From the NCBI GenBank assembly GCA_046153645.1, contig JBJXGI010000042.1, forward strand, positions 116,947 to 180,946: a stretch of 64,000 nucleotides of DNA, read 5' to 3'. The number at the start of each line of letters is the position of its first letter. The stretch's first letter is position 1. Shown piece after piece: positions 9,914 through 23,475 of the stretch. A program made the translations under genes and the position numbers. The notes below the pieces were generated by a model. The model searched no databases and was not told where the DNA came from. It saw nothing but the letters and a program-made list of their open reading frames with translations. Origin of the DNA: Elusimicrobiota bacterium (lineage in GTDB: Bacteria; Elusimicrobiota; Elusimicrobia; F11).

Positions 9914-12391
9914 CTAGGCTTCTGCTACTTCTGAAACAACACTGGCCACGGCCGCGACTTTGTCTCCCTCTTGAATTCTCACCAAACGGACGCCTTGAGT
10001 ATTCCTAGAAATAACCGATAAATCCTTACATTTAAGACGGATTGTAATTCCTTTTTCGGTCATGATCATGACATCATCTTCATCAGTCACCAGACGAATT
10101 CCAACAGCAGGGCCGTTGCGGTCAGTGGCTTTAATGGTAATAACTCCCTTTCCACCTCGCGACTGATCACGATACTCTTGCAAGAAAGTTCGTTTACCAA
10201 AACCATTTTCACAAACAGTAAGTAAAGTTGTTTTCTTTTCTTGGGCAGCGTTTGTTACTTCCATACCCACAACCTGATCGTCCGCATCTAAACGGATGCC
10301 TCGAACACCACTGGCAGATCGTCCCATAGAACGAACTTCATCTTCAGGGAATCGAATAGCCATTCCAGATCGGGTGGCAAGCACAATATCTTGTTTACCA
10401 TCTGTGTATTTAGCACCGATCATGACATCGCCTTCATCAAGACCCATGGCAATAATTCCCGTCTTCCGGATACTATCGAATTCTGTAATTGGGGTTTTTT
10501 TGATTTGACCCGTTCTTGTGCACATTGTTAAAAACCCACCATCTTCATCTTTAAAAGATCGAATAGTAATACAGGCTGTTATTTTTTCATTGGCATCTAC
10601 AGGAATAAAGTTAGCCAAAGCTTTTCCACGAGCAGTTCGTCCAGCATCAGGAATTTCATAAACACGAATGCCATAGACTCTCCCTCGACTGGTAAACAAG
10701 AGGAGATGGGCTAAGGTACTTGTAATGAATATATGCTCAACAAAATCTTCTTCTTTGGTGGTCATACCTGTTAACCCTTTTCCACCGCGCGCTTGTGTAC
10801 GATAAGTGTCGGCAGGCAAACGTTTGACATAGCCGGTATGAGAAATAGTAACAACCACTTCTTCATCTTGAATAAGATCTTCGACATCAAATTCTTCAAA
10901 TGAAGCTTGGATATCGGTACGTCGTTTATCACCAAATTTTTCTTTAAGAACCAATAACTCATCTTTAATAATGGCTAATATTTTTTTGTTATCAGCCAAA
11001 ATTCCTTTCAGACGGGCAATGGTTTTAATGAGTTCTTTATATTCATTTTCTAGCGCGTCTCTTTCAAGACTGGTTAATTGATGCAGTCTCATATCCAAAA
11101 TGGCCTGCGCTTGAATCTGAGAAAATTCAAACTTTTCGATGAGCCTTTCTCTAGCCGTAGCTGTATCTTTTGAAGAACGAATAATTTTAATAACTTCATC
11201 TAAATGATCAATGGCTTTGCGTAAACCCTCTAAAATATGAGCACGGGCCTCTGCTTTGGCCAACTCATAACGAGTTCTTCTCGTCACTACTTCTTGTCGA
11301 TGGGCAAGATAATAATGGAGAACGTCTTTCACAGGTAAAACTTTTGGTTTTCCACCGGCCAGAGCCAACATAATGACGCCAAAAGAAGTTTCCAGCTGAG
11401 TCATCTTAAAGAGTTGATTTAAAACAATTTGGGCATTTCCGTCTCTTTTAATTTCAATCACCATTCGGATCCCTTCGCGGTTGGATTCATCACGAAGATC
11501 AGAGATATCACTAATTTTCTTTTCACGAACTAAACCAGCAATATTCTCTAAGAGAACGGATTTATTCACTTGATAGGGAAGTTCATAAACAATAATCGCT
11601 TGGCGGCCACCTTTCATTTCTTCAATGTCAGTTTTAGCCCGCACACGAATAGAACCACGACCTGTTTCAAAGTAATCTTTGATTCCTTGTTTACCCAAAA
11701 TGGTTCCACCAGTGGGAAAGTCAGGTCCTTTAATAAATTTGGCTAATTCTTTGGACTCAATTTCAGGATTGTCAATAATGGCAATAGCGGCGTCACAAGT
11801 TTCAGTAATATTATGAGGAGGAATATTGGTGGCCATACCAACGGCAATACCTGAAGATCCATTAATCAATAAATTAGGAAGTCTAGCGGGCAGAATAGTT
11901 GGTTCGTTCAAAGAGCCATCATAGTTAGGAATAAAATCAACTGTTTCTTTATCAATGTCAGATAACATCTCGTCGGCCACACGAGCGGGACGAACTTCTG
12001 TGTATCGCATGGCAGCTGCAGAATCGCCATCAACAGATCCGAAGTTTCCTTGACCTTCTACCAAAGGGTAACGCAAAGAGAAATCTTGAACCATACGAAC
12101 AAGTGCGTCATACACTGATAAATCGCCATGGGGATGATACTTACCTAAAACATCTCCTACCACACGAGCGGATTTTTTAAAAGCTTTGTTGTAAACCAAT
12201 CCCATTTCATCCATCGTGAAGAGAACTCGACGGTGAACGGGTTTTAATCCATCTCGAACATCAGGAATGGCACGCCCAACGATAACGCTCATCGCGTAAT
12301 CGATATAGGACGATTTCATTTCATCTTCAATATTTGTTGGGGTAACTCTAAATTCCGACTGCTGTGGTTTATCGTCTGAGGATTTGGCCAT
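9914..12391 (-). CDS. gyrA: DNA gyrase subunit A
   Basis: [25 protein letters not shown] with the catalytic Tyr; GyrA-box QARGGKG. Confidence 0.98.
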   Translation of the reverse strand: MAKSSDDKPQQSEFRVTPTNIEDEMKSSYIDYAMSVIVGRAIPDVRDGLKPVHRRVLFTMDEMGLVYNKAFKKSARVVGDVLGKYHPHGDLSVYDALVRMVQDFSLRYPLVEGQGNFGSVDGDSAAAMRYTEVRPARVADEMLSDIDKETVDFIPNYDGSLNEPTILPARLPNLLINGSSGIAVGMATNIPPHNITETCDAAIAIIDNPEIESKELAKFIKGPDFPTGGTILGKQGIKDYFETGRGSIRVRAKTDIEEMKGGRQAIIVYELPYQVNKSVLLENIAGLVREKKISDISDLRDESNREGIRMVIEIKRDGNAQIVLNQLFKMTQLETSFGVIMLALAGGKPKVLPVKDVLHYYLAHRQEVVTRRTRYELAKAEARAHILEGLRKAIDHLDEVIKIIRSSKDTATARERLIEKFEFSQIQAQAILDMRLHQLTSLERDALENEYKELIKTIARLKGILADNKKILAIIKDELLVLKEKFGDKRRTDIQASFEEFDVEDLIQDEEVVVTISHTGYVKRLPADTYRTQARGGKGLTGMTTKEEDFVEHIFITSTLAHLLLFTSRGRVYGIRVYEIPDAGRTARGKALANFIPVDANEKITACITIRSFKDEDGGFLTMCTRTGQIKKTPITEFDSIRKTGIIAMGLDEGDVMIGAKYTDGKQDIVLATRSGMAIRFPEDEVRSMGRSASGVRGIRLDADDQVVGMEVTNAAQEKKTTLLTVCENGFGKRTFLQEYRDQSRGGKGVITIKATDRNGPAVGIRLVTDEDDVMIMTEKGITIRLKCKDLSVISRNTQGVRLVRIQEGDKVAAVASVVSEVAEA

Positions 12392-12406
12392 ATTATTTCC
12401 TTTTTA

Positions 12407-15277
<2,871 letters not shown>

Positions 15278-15281
<4 letters not shown>

Positions 15282-16447
15282 AAAACAACCTCTGTCGTCA
15301 TTGGTTCAAAAGTTGAGGCATGTTCACTGTTGGTTAAACGCTTCACACCATATTCATTAACTTGAAAAATAGAAGCAGGTCTTTTGCACCCTTCTGGCCA
15401 AGCTTCAAACCCGGTTAAAGTTACAAAGCATTGGCCTGTTTGAGACAGTTCGTATAAAAGCTGTTCGGCGCGTTCCGCATCAAATTCAGAAAGAACATCG
15501 TCCAACAAACAAATGGGTTTTTGACCACATCTCTCTTCTATAAAGGGAATTTCAGCTAATTTAAAAGAAACGGCACACGTTCTTTTTTGTCCCTCTGAAG
15601 CGTAAAGGCGTGCAGGTCGATCATTAATTAAAAATAAAAAATCATCACGATGCGGCCCTAACATCGTTGAACCTGTTGCTAATTCCTGAGGTCGTATTCG
15701 TTTAAACTGCTCACACCAACGCTCTAAATCGGTTTCACCCCAAGGAGCTTGAAAAGAAGGTTTATATTCCAATTTAATTTTTTCCTTACCCTTTGATAAA
15801 TGCTGTTGGATAAGAGAAACACATTCTGAAAATTCATTTAAGAAATCGGATCTTTTTTGACATAAATAAAGACCACGTTTGGCGACGATCATATCCCAGG
15901 GCTCTAAAAGAGACGAATCTAACAACCCTTCCGCGCATTGTCTTAAAGCCGCATTGCGTTCTTTAACAGCGTCAGCGTAGGCTTTTAAGTTTTCAGCATA
16001 AGAAGGGTCAACTTGAGACAAAATCATATTAACCGCGCGGCGACGTAAATCTGGTTCACCCTTAACCAAAGATAAATCTTCAGGAACGAAACTAACCAAT
16101 GGTACTTTTCCTAATAAATCTCTCAAACGAACAGCTTTTTTTTCATCCTGACGAATGATGCGAGCTGAACCTGTCCGATATTTCATTTCAAGCGTCAATG
16201 GGTCTTGTGCTTGATCATCAGAAACAAACGTTCCCTTAACAGAAAAACCATCTTTAGACCACATCACCATGCTTTCTGTTTCTGCTCCGCGAGGACTTAT
16301 GCCAGTAGATAATATACCAATGGCTTCTAAAAGATTGGTTTTCCCAGCTCCATTTGAGCCAATAAATAAATTAACTCCGGAATCAACATCGAGCTCCAGA
16401 TTTTCATGATTTCTAAATTGACGGAGAATTAATGACTGAAGAAGCAT
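15278..16447 (-). CDS. recF: DNA replication/repair protein RecF
   Basis: FRNH; GSNGAGKTNLLEAI; GPHRDD; ASEGQKR; LLDDVLSEFD. Confidence 0.96.
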
Positions 16448-16448
16448 C

Positions 16449-17621
16449 CTAAACTTTCATAGGCATCATCACATACCGGTAAGCTTCATCTTCGGCTGGA
16501 CGAATGACACCTGGATTTAAAGGGGTTGTTAACTCAATAAGAATCTCTTGGTCTACAAGTGATTTAAGTGCGTCAATCAAATAGGCAGGATTAAAAGCCA
16601 CTTCAAAATGAGACCCTTCATAATTGGTTGATATTTCTGACTCAACTTCCACCCGTCCTTGAGCAGAGGCCTGAATTTTAATGGCTCCTTTAATCAAAGA
16701 CATTTTAACAGAACCACCACGTTCTAATGTCCCCACAGCAGCACGAGTCACCGATGAGAGTAATGATTGTCGATTCACACGAAGCTGAATTTCTTTTGTT
16801 TTTGGAATAACTTGTTCAAAATTAGGGAAATGTCCTTCGATAAGCCGTGAAAGGATAATAGTGCTTCCAGAAGAAAAACTAATTTGATTATCAGTAAATG
16901 AAATTTGAAAATTATCATTGGTTTCTTTGTTATCAGAAAACATTCTCAATAATTCTTGAACAGCTTTTGTTGGAATAATTACTTTTGTTTTTAAATTTTG
17001 ATCAGAAATAGGGCGTTGAATATAGGCCAATCTTCGACCATCTGTTGATACCGCAGTTGCTTTTCCGGCATCAATAATAAAATGAATGCCGTTTAATACA
17101 TATCTGGTTTCATCAGAAGAGGTGGCAAAAATAGTCTTTTTTATCATCTCTTGAAGAATGGCTTTAGGAAAGGGAGTTGCTTTGGTTTCATCAAATTCAG
17201 GTAACACAGGGTAATCTTCTTTTGGAAGTCCTGTAATGTTAAGTCGATCTCTTCCTGACTTAACTTCAACTTTATTATTTTCTACTACTTCAATTTTTAC
17301 TTCACGGTCATCCTCTAAAGTTTTAATAAAGTCCGTTAAAATTTTTGAGGGGATCGTAATTGCGCCCTTATCAATAACATCAGCCTTAATCCAAGTTCTA
17401 ATTCCTACCTCTAAATCAGTGGCCGATAAACGAAGCCCTTGTGCTGAAGCTTCAAAAAGAACATTAGCTAAAATAGGTAGTGTGCTTCGCGAAGATATTG
17501 CACTTTGAACCATTTGAAGTCCTTGTATGAGGTCTCCTTTAGTGATGTTTAGTTTTAATGATTGTCCTCTTTTAGAGTTAGAACTTTGAGTCGTAGTAGC
17601 GGTATGGGTGTTGGTAGACAT
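16449..17621 (-). CDS. dnaN: DNA polymerase III beta clamp
   Basis: TLPILANVL; ATDLE; DETRYVLNG; STDGRRL; RLIEGHFPNF; VMMPM. Start taken as ATG 17621. Confidence 0.97.
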   Translation of the reverse strand: MSTNTHTATTTQSSNSKRGQSLKLNITKGDLIQGLQMVQSAISSRSTLPILANVLFEASAQGLRLSATDLEVGIRTWIKADVIDKGAITIPSKILTDFIKTLEDDREVKIEVVENNKVEVKSGRDRLNITGLPKEDYPVLPEFDETKATPFPKAILQEMIKKTIFATSSDETRYVLNGIHFIIDAGKATAVSTDGRRLAYIQRPISDQNLKTKVIIPTKAVQELLRMFSDNKETNDNFQISFTDNQISFSSGSTIILSRLIEGHFPNFEQVIPKTKEIQLRVNRQSLLSSVTRAAVGTLERGGSVKMSLIKGAIKIQASAQGRVEVESEISTNYEGSHFEVAFNPAYLIDALKSLVDQEILIELTTPLNPGVIRPAEDEAYRYVMMPMKV

Positions 17622-17640
17622 GATTTTTGGCCCTCTTGCT

Positions 17641-17796
17641 TTTAAAATGCTGATTATCAATTATTTTTACTTAAAACTTATTCGATACGGCTGTGGATAG
17701 TTATCCCCTTTTATCCCTGTTATCCACAGCTTTTAACATCATCCACAAAAAAACGCGCTATTTCTATGGTTTATCCACAACTTATCCCCCGCCTAT
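17641..17796. other. oriC: Chromosomal replication origin oriC (DnaA-box cluster plus AT-rich segment)
   Basis: Perfect TTATCCACA at 17720 and 17771; one-mismatch boxes TGTGGATAG at 17692 and TCATCCACA at 17739; weaker TTATCCC boxes at 17701, 17711 and 17782; AT-rich stretch at 17641-17685. Lies between dnaA and dnaN. Confidence 0.9.
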
Positions 17797-19185
17797 TTAA
17801 GGGGTTACAAGTAAGCTTTCTTCTCTAATTTCTTGGGTAATTTTATTTACCAAAGCAACAAAATAAGGGTCACCACTTAGTTTATTTTTAATTTTTGTGC
17901 ATGCGTGCATAACGGTGGTGTGATCTTTACCCCCAAATCCCATTCCAATTTCAATGGTTGAAAACTCAGTGAGTGTGCGTGTTAAATACATCGCCACTTG
18001 TCTGGGGAACGCAACAGCATCCGTTCTTTTTTTGGATTTCATATCGCGCAGGTCTAAATTGAAATGACGAGCCACTACTTTTTGAATTTGATCAATCGTG
18101 ATCGTAGCTGAATGTTCTGGTGAACCCAAAATATCTTTGAGAACCGAGCGTGCCGTATCAACTGTTAAAGGAACTCCTGTTAAAGTGGAACAAGCCATAA
18201 TTCGAATAATAGATCCTTCTAATTCACGAATATTGGTTTTAATGTGACTGGCGACGAATAAAATAACATCATCAGGAACGCTGGTTCCAGCTTCTTCAGT
18301 TTTTTTTCTTAAGATGGCAATTCTGGTTTCTAAATCTGGGGCTTGAATGTCTGCAATAACACCCCACTCAAAGCGTGAAATGAGTCGATCGGCCACCAAT
18401 GTTTCCTTGGGGGGGCGATCAGAACAAATAACAATTTGTTTTTTGGAATCATAGAGTGAATTAAAGGTGTTAAAAAATTCTTCTTGTGAAGACTCTTTGC
18501 CCATTAAAAATTGAATATCGTCAATAAGCAAACAATCCGCGTTACGATATTTAGTTCGAAATTCCTTCATTTTTTCATAGCGAATGGCATCAATGAATTC
18601 ATTTATGAATTTTTCGCTGGCAACATAGATAATACGAGCATTGGAATTATCTTGAGTAATTCGTTTACCAATAGAATGCATAAGATGAGTTTTTCCAAGC
18701 CCAACACCGCCATATATAAATAAAGGATTGTATACGCGGCCTGGATCCTTAGCAACGGCCTCTGCCGCCGCCTCAGCGAATCGATTGGAGGGACCAACTA
18801 CAAAATTAGTAAAGTCATGGTTTGATTCAATTTTGGTGTCTTCATGAGAATTTATTTTTATAGAAGTTGAAGGTGAAGTTGGTTTCCATTCAGAGTTTAG
18901 CTGCGAGTTTTTAATAGGAGGAAAATCTTCATTTTGAGTTTCAAAAGAAAGTGTTATGGCGGCGCTTAGTTCATTGCTAATAATTTCTTCAATACGATCT
19001 TTATAGTGAGTTTTAACCCAATCAGAGAAAAATCGATTGGGCACACGCAAAATAAATTGACTATTCTCACACCGCAATGCTTTTAGCGGTTTAAGCCATA
19101 AATCAAATGTTTCATCTTTAAGGTCAGATTTTAATAGCGATAATACAGTTGCCCAAAGTTCTTCTGTTGTTTTAGTTGTAATCAT
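17797..19185 (-). CDS. dnaA: Chromosomal replication initiator DnaA
   Basis: YNPLFIYGGVGLGKTHL; LLIDDIQFL; NIRELEG; GGKDHTTVMHA. Start taken as ATG 19185. Confidence 0.98.
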   Translation of the reverse strand: MITTKTTEELWATVLSLLKSDLKDETFDLWLKPLKALRCENSQFILRVPNRFFSDWVKTHYKDRIEEIISNELSAAITLSFETQNEDFPPIKNSQLNSEWKPTSPSTSIKINSHEDTKIESNHDFTNFVVGPSNRFAEAAAEAVAKDPGRVYNPLFIYGGVGLGKTHLMHSIGKRITQDNSNARIIYVASEKFINEFIDAIRYEKMKEFRTKYRNADCLLIDDIQFLMGKESSQEEFFNTFNSLYDSKKQIVICSDRPPKETLVADRLISRFEWGVIADIQAPDLETRIAILRKKTEEAGTSVPDDVILFVASHIKTNIRELEGSIIRIMACSTLTGVPLTVDTARSVLKDILGSPEHSATITIDQIQKVVARHFNLDLRDMKSKKRTDAVAFPRQVAMYLTRTLTEFSTIEIGMGFGGKDHTTVMHACTKIKNKLSGDPYFVALVNKITQEIREESLLVTP

Positions 19186-19304
19186 GTCCCTGCTCTGTTG
19201 GAAACCATCTATATGGCAACCATAAGTAAATTTAGAAAAAGATGGGTAAGGATAGAAAACCAAACACCGAAGGTCAAATAGATATCGCCGGGCAATTTAT
19301 TTGG

Positions 19305-19333
19305 TTGCGGACACTTTTTTCAAAAGCTAAGAT
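19305..19333 (+). promoter_or_regulatory. Putative sigma70 promoter of rpmH
   Basis: TTGCGG-17 nt-TAAGAT, ending 9 nt before the rpmH ATG. Confidence 0.5.
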
Positions 19334-19342
19334 TTGCTCCTC

Positions 19343-19477
19343 ATGAAACCAAGTTATAATCCTAATAATAGACGACGAAAAAAGAAAATCGGATTCCGTG
19401 CCCGTATGAAAACAGCCGGTGGCCGAGCTGCATTAAGTCGTCGTCGCCAGAAAAAACGGAAACGACTCATTAAATAA
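19343..19477 (+). CDS. rpmH: 50S ribosomal protein bL34
   Basis: Hand translation (below the ORF-track cutoff): [44 protein letters not shown]; divergent from dnaA. Confidence 0.96.
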   Translation: MKPSYNPNNRRRKKKIGFRARMKTAGGRAALSRRRQKKRKRLIK

Positions 19478-19552
19478 CCCAAGCGCGCCATAACCCCACT
19501 CTCCTTATATATAGCCTCAAACAGCGGAGGAGTTTTTTTAAGCGGTTCATTT

Positions 19553-19771
19553 ATGAAAGCAGTGTTATTTTGGAGTATTCGTTTTTATCAAATTTGTATT
19601 TCTCCCTATTTGGGAGAAAGGTGTCGTTTTGTCCCCACTTGCTCCGAATATTCCTTAGAGGCAATTCAGAAAATGGGTGCTTTCAAAGGAATTTTTTTAT
19701 CTTTTAAAAGGATTGTGCGTTGTCATCCATGGGGAAAGCATGGCTACGACCCGGTAATATATGAAAAGTGA
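19553..19771 (+). CDS. yidD: Membrane protein insertion efficiency factor YidD
   Basis: [28 protein letters not shown]. Confidence 0.95.
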   Translation: MKAVLFWSIRFYQICISPYLGERCRFVPTCSEYSLEAIQKMGAFKGIFLSFKRIVRCHPWGKHGYDPVIYEK

Positions 19772-21341
19772 TAACAAGAATTTTATAATAGCCATTATCC
19801 TCACCATGGGGTTTCTGCTTTTGTGGAATGTGTTTGTGGTAAATAAGTATGCGCCATCAAAAACAATTGATGGACAGTCGGTTTCTACCCCAAACAGCCC
19901 TCCTCCTCCAGTTGTAACCCAGCTATCAAATATTGATAAACCAATTGTTAAATCAGCCACTTCTCTACAAGAAATAGCTTTAGTTGGGAAAAATGAAATG
20001 GTAACCATTTCAAATCAAGGTGGCGTTGTCACCAGTTGGATATATAAGGAGTCTAAGAATAGTATTCAATTAATCGTCCCAAAAACCACTCCGTTAGCTT
20101 TATTCCCTGAACTTTTATATGCCATTGAAAAAGTAAGTGATAGCGAAGTTATTTTAACAGCGGTTCACCCTGGCGGTTTTAATGTTATTAAAAGATTAAA
20201 ATTATCTTCTGAACCTCCTTTTCATCAATTGAGTATTTCCTTTAACAATATTTCTGAAACTCCTGTTGTGGCTAAGGGTGATTTAACCTGGATTGGCGGA
20301 ATAGATCAGCATATTGTTTCTGAGCCCTATGATGAAAAACAAGATTCCACCACGATGATGGAAAATCGCGCCGTGGGTTTAGCAACCCAAGTGCGGAGCT
20401 GGACAATCCCTGGTTTTTTCTCTAAAAGTAGTTTTGAACAAACTTCGGCTGGACCATTTTCTTGGGTTGGCGTTGATAACTCTCCTTTTTTAGTTTCTTT
20501 TATACCAGTTGATTCAACCATCGATAACATTTTCGTTCAAGGTAAAAAAAAGACCCCAACAAATTTATCCATTCCCATCCATGCCAATTTAAACCCCAAA
20601 GAATCAAAGACAGTTCACTTTCAACTTTATGTTGGGCCGAAGAGTTTTGAAGAGTTAAAAAAATTGCCATACCATTTGGATAAGTCTATTGATTTTGGTT
20701 TTTTTGGTCTTATTGCTAAATTATTATTAGGAACTCTACACTTCTTTTATAAATGGACAGGTAACTTTGGATGGGCGATTATTATTGTTACTCTTCTTAT
20801 TCAATTTTTGATGATTCCATTAACCAAGAAAAATTTTCACCACGCAGCACGAATGAAAGAACTACAACCCCAGTTGAAAAAATTACAAGATCAGTTTAAA
20901 GGTGATCCGAAGCGAATGCAAATTGAAACCATGAATTTATATCGTAAACAGGGAATGAAATTTATGGGGATGGAAGGATGTTTGCCAATTATTTTGCAGA
21001 TTCCTGTATTTTTTGCTTTTTACTCTGCTCTTCGAGTCGCTTATGAGCTTCGAGGAGCGCCTTGGATGCTTTGGATTCAAGATTTATCAAAAGCCGATCC
21101 TTATTATGTGCTTCCTATATTAATGGGAATCGGTATGTTTTTTCAACAAAAAATGTCTAATGCCACTATCGATCCAGCTCAAGCCAAAGTCATGATGTTT
21201 ATGCCGATTATTTTTACCTTTATGTTTTTCGCGATGCCCTCAGGATTATGTTTATATTGGGTGGTCAATAGTTTAGTCACTATTGTTATTCAGCAATTTT
21301 TTAAATGGCGCCAAAGTCAAATTTCCGCTCAACCCGCTTAA
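19761..21341 (+). CDS. yidC: Membrane protein insertase YidC
   Basis: Large periplasmic domain; [43 protein letters not shown]. Confidence 0.96.
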   Translation: MKSDNKNFIIAIILTMGFLLLWNVFVVNKYAPSKTIDGQSVSTPNSPPPPVVTQLSNIDKPIVKSATSLQEIALVGKNEMVTISNQGGVVTSWIYKESKNSIQLIVPKTTPLALFPELLYAIEKVSDSEVILTAVHPGGFNVIKRLKLSSEPPFHQLSISFNNISETPVVAKGDLTWIGGIDQHIVSEPYDEKQDSTTMMENRAVGLATQVRSWTIPGFFSKSSFEQTSAGPFSWVGVDNSPFLVSFIPVDSTIDNIFVQGKKKTPTNLSIPIHANLNPKESKTVHFQLYVGPKSFEELKKLPYHLDKSIDFGFFGLIAKLLLGTLHFFYKWTGNFGWAIIIVTLLIQFLMIPLTKKNFHHAARMKELQPQLKKLQDQFKGDPKRMQIETMNLYRKQGMKFMGMEGCLPIILQIPVFFAFYSALRVAYELRGAPWMLWIQDLSKADPYYVLPILMGIGMFFQQKMSNATIDPAQAKVMMFMPIIFTFMFFAMPSGLCLYWVVNSLVTIVIQQFFKWRQSQISAQPA

Positions 21342-21358
21342 CAACACATGGAGTTTCT

Positions 21359-22741
21359 TTGAACTCCCATACATATAATTCTACCGATACAATTACAGCC
21401 ATTACAACGCCCATGGGTGAAGGTGGTCTTGGGGTTATTCGAGTTTCAGGATCTCAAGCGATAACCCTTTCCTCTCAAGTTTTTAAAAAATCAGGCCATT
21501 CTTTATTAACTGTTCCTTCTCATACCCTTCATCATGGATGGATTCATAACAATGGAAAAATGATAGATGAAGTGATAGCGGCTGTTTTCCATGCACCACA
21601 TTCCTATACAGGTGAACATATTATTGAGTTTTCATGTCATGGAAGCCCTGTTATCTTAAAAGAAATTCTTTTGCTCTTAATTGAAAGAGGTGCTCGCCAA
21701 GCATTACCAGGCGAATTCACTCAAAGAGCCTATTTGAATGGGAAAATGGATCTAATGCAAGCTGAATCAGTCGCGGAACTAATTCATGCTAAATCTTTTG
21801 AATCGGCCCAAGTGGCATTTGAGCATCTAAGAGGAAATTTAAGTTCGCGCTTAAAAAAAATTCAAACTTCACTGATTGATTTGTTAGCTCATGTGGAAGC
21901 AAATTTAGATTTTGTTGAGGAAGATATTCCACCTCTACAAAAACAAGAAATGATTGAAAAAATCAGTCAAATTAAAAAAGAGATAGAGACTATTTTAGCC
22001 ACCAGTGTTCGTGGCAAGGTGCTCTTAGATGGGGTGAAGGTTGTTTTGGCCGGCGAACCAAATGTTGGGAAATCTTCTTTGTTTAATGCGTTATTATCTC
22101 GAGATCGAGCGATTGTCACTCATATTCCCGGAACAACTCGCGATGTTTTAGAAGATTCAGTTGTTTGGGAAGGATGGCCAATTCTTTTGCAAGATACCGC
22201 TGGCCTAAGAAATTCTATAGATCAAGTTGAACAAGAAGGGCAGCGCCGGGCGAAAGAGGCTCATAATCAAGCAGATATAATTCTATATGTTATTGACGGG
22301 TCAATTAACGTTCTTAATATTGATTTGGTTTTAAAAGAATTTGATTCTAAAAAAACCATTATTGTTATTAATAAGTCTGATACTTTTTCTAATAAAAAAA
22401 CTTTTAATATTCCTTCTTCATATCAACAAATTCAAACTTCAGCTAAATCAGGAGAGGGAATTAATGATTTGATGAAAGCGTGTTTAAATCTTTTGACAAA
22501 GAAGATTGGCGTGCCTGCTGCAGAGGGAATTGTTCTCACTCAAGTAAGGCATATTCATCATATGGAAAAGATAAATGAACATTTAGGAAGGTCAGTCATC
22601 AATGCTGGAAAAAATCAAACAGAAGAAGCCTTAAGCTTGGATTTAAGATCTGCTCTTGAAGAACTTAGCCAAATGACAGGAGAGTCTATTAATGAGCAGG
22701 TGCTTGATTCTATCTTTCGTCAGTTTTGTATAGGAAAGTGA
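21359..22741 (+). CDS. mnmE: tRNA modification GTPase MnmE (TrmE)
   Basis: DTITAITTP; PGEFTQRAYLNGK; GEPNVGKSS; GTTRD; DTAG; FCIGK. Start taken as TTG 21359, after GGAG. Confidence 0.96.
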   Translation: MNSHTYNSTDTITAITTPMGEGGLGVIRVSGSQAITLSSQVFKKSGHSLLTVPSHTLHHGWIHNNGKMIDEVIAAVFHAPHSYTGEHIIEFSCHGSPVILKEILLLLIERGARQALPGEFTQRAYLNGKMDLMQAESVAELIHAKSFESAQVAFEHLRGNLSSRLKKIQTSLIDLLAHVEANLDFVEEDIPPLQKQEMIEKISQIKKEIETILATSVRGKVLLDGVKVVLAGEPNVGKSSLFNALLSRDRAIVTHIPGTTRDVLEDSVVWEGWPILLQDTAGLRNSIDQVEQEGQRRAKEAHNQADIILYVIDGSINVLNIDLVLKEFDSKKTIIVINKSDTFSNKKTFNIPSSYQQIQTSAKSGEGINDLMKACLNLLTKKIGVPAAEGIVLTQVRHIHHMEKINEHLGRSVINAGKNQTEEALSLDLRSALEELSQMTGESINEQVLDSIFRQFCIGK

Positions 22742-22758
22742 TAAACTTTTTAATTGAG

Positions 22759-23475
22759 ATGAAACAAACAATTCTTTTTCTTTTCGATTTAGATGGAACC
22801 CTGGTCACAACGGGTGGCGCAGGGCTTCGTGCTTTAGGGAAAGTTTTTCAAGAGCTTTATAATATTCAAGATGTTTGGAGTTCCATTAATCCCAGTGGAA
22901 AAACCGATCACGCTATATTTAGAGAAATCATTCATAAATTTTTGGATCGTCCCATGTCAGACAATGAAATTAAGCCCATCGCCGAAAAGTACATAAGTTA
23001 TTTGGATCACGAAATTAATAGTACTCCCCATCATGTAAAACCGTTGAAGGGAGTCATTGAGTTTTTAGATGAATGTAAAAAGAAAACACATATTTTTTCT
23101 GCCTTAGGGACCGGGAACCTCGAACAAGGGGCTCGAATTAAACTAAAACCAACAGGGCTTAATGATTATTTTGAATTGGGAGGATTTGGTTCTGATGCTG
23201 AGGCTCGATACGAAGTGTTAAAAGCAGGCCATGCAAAAGTTGAGGAGAAATTAGGAGCCACCATTCATCCTGATTATGTGTTTGTTTTGGGCGATACAAT
23301 ATTGGATGTATCAGCAGCAAGGAAAGCTCAATTTAAAGCCGTCGCTATTGCCAGTGGTGGAAGTTCATATGCCGAACTCGAAAGATCCAAACCAGATTTT
23401 CTATTTCAAGATATGAATGACGCATTAAAACTTTTGGATGCTATCGATAATTTAGATACTCTTACTCCTGCATGA
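22759..23475 (+). CDS. HAD-superfamily hydrolase (phosphoglycolate phosphatase-like)
   Basis: LFDLDGTL; TGN; GGFGSD; GDTILDV. Confidence 0.88.
   Translation: MKQTILFLFDLDGTLVTTGGAGLRALGKVFQELYNIQDVWSSINPSGKTDHAIFREIIHKFLDRPMSDNEIKPIAEKYISYLDHEINSTPHHVKPLKGVIEFLDECKKKTHIFSALGTGNLEQGARIKLKPTGLNDYFELGGFGSDAEARYEVLKAGHAKVEEKLGATIHPDYVFVLGDTILDVSAARKAQFKAVAIASGGSSYAELERSKPDFLFQDMNDALKLLDAIDNLDTLTPA

Noticed and set aside
19496..19539. Possible terminator or structured RNA between rpmH and yidD
   Set aside because: Only a short bulged stem with a ~21-nt loop precedes the T-run; too weak to call.
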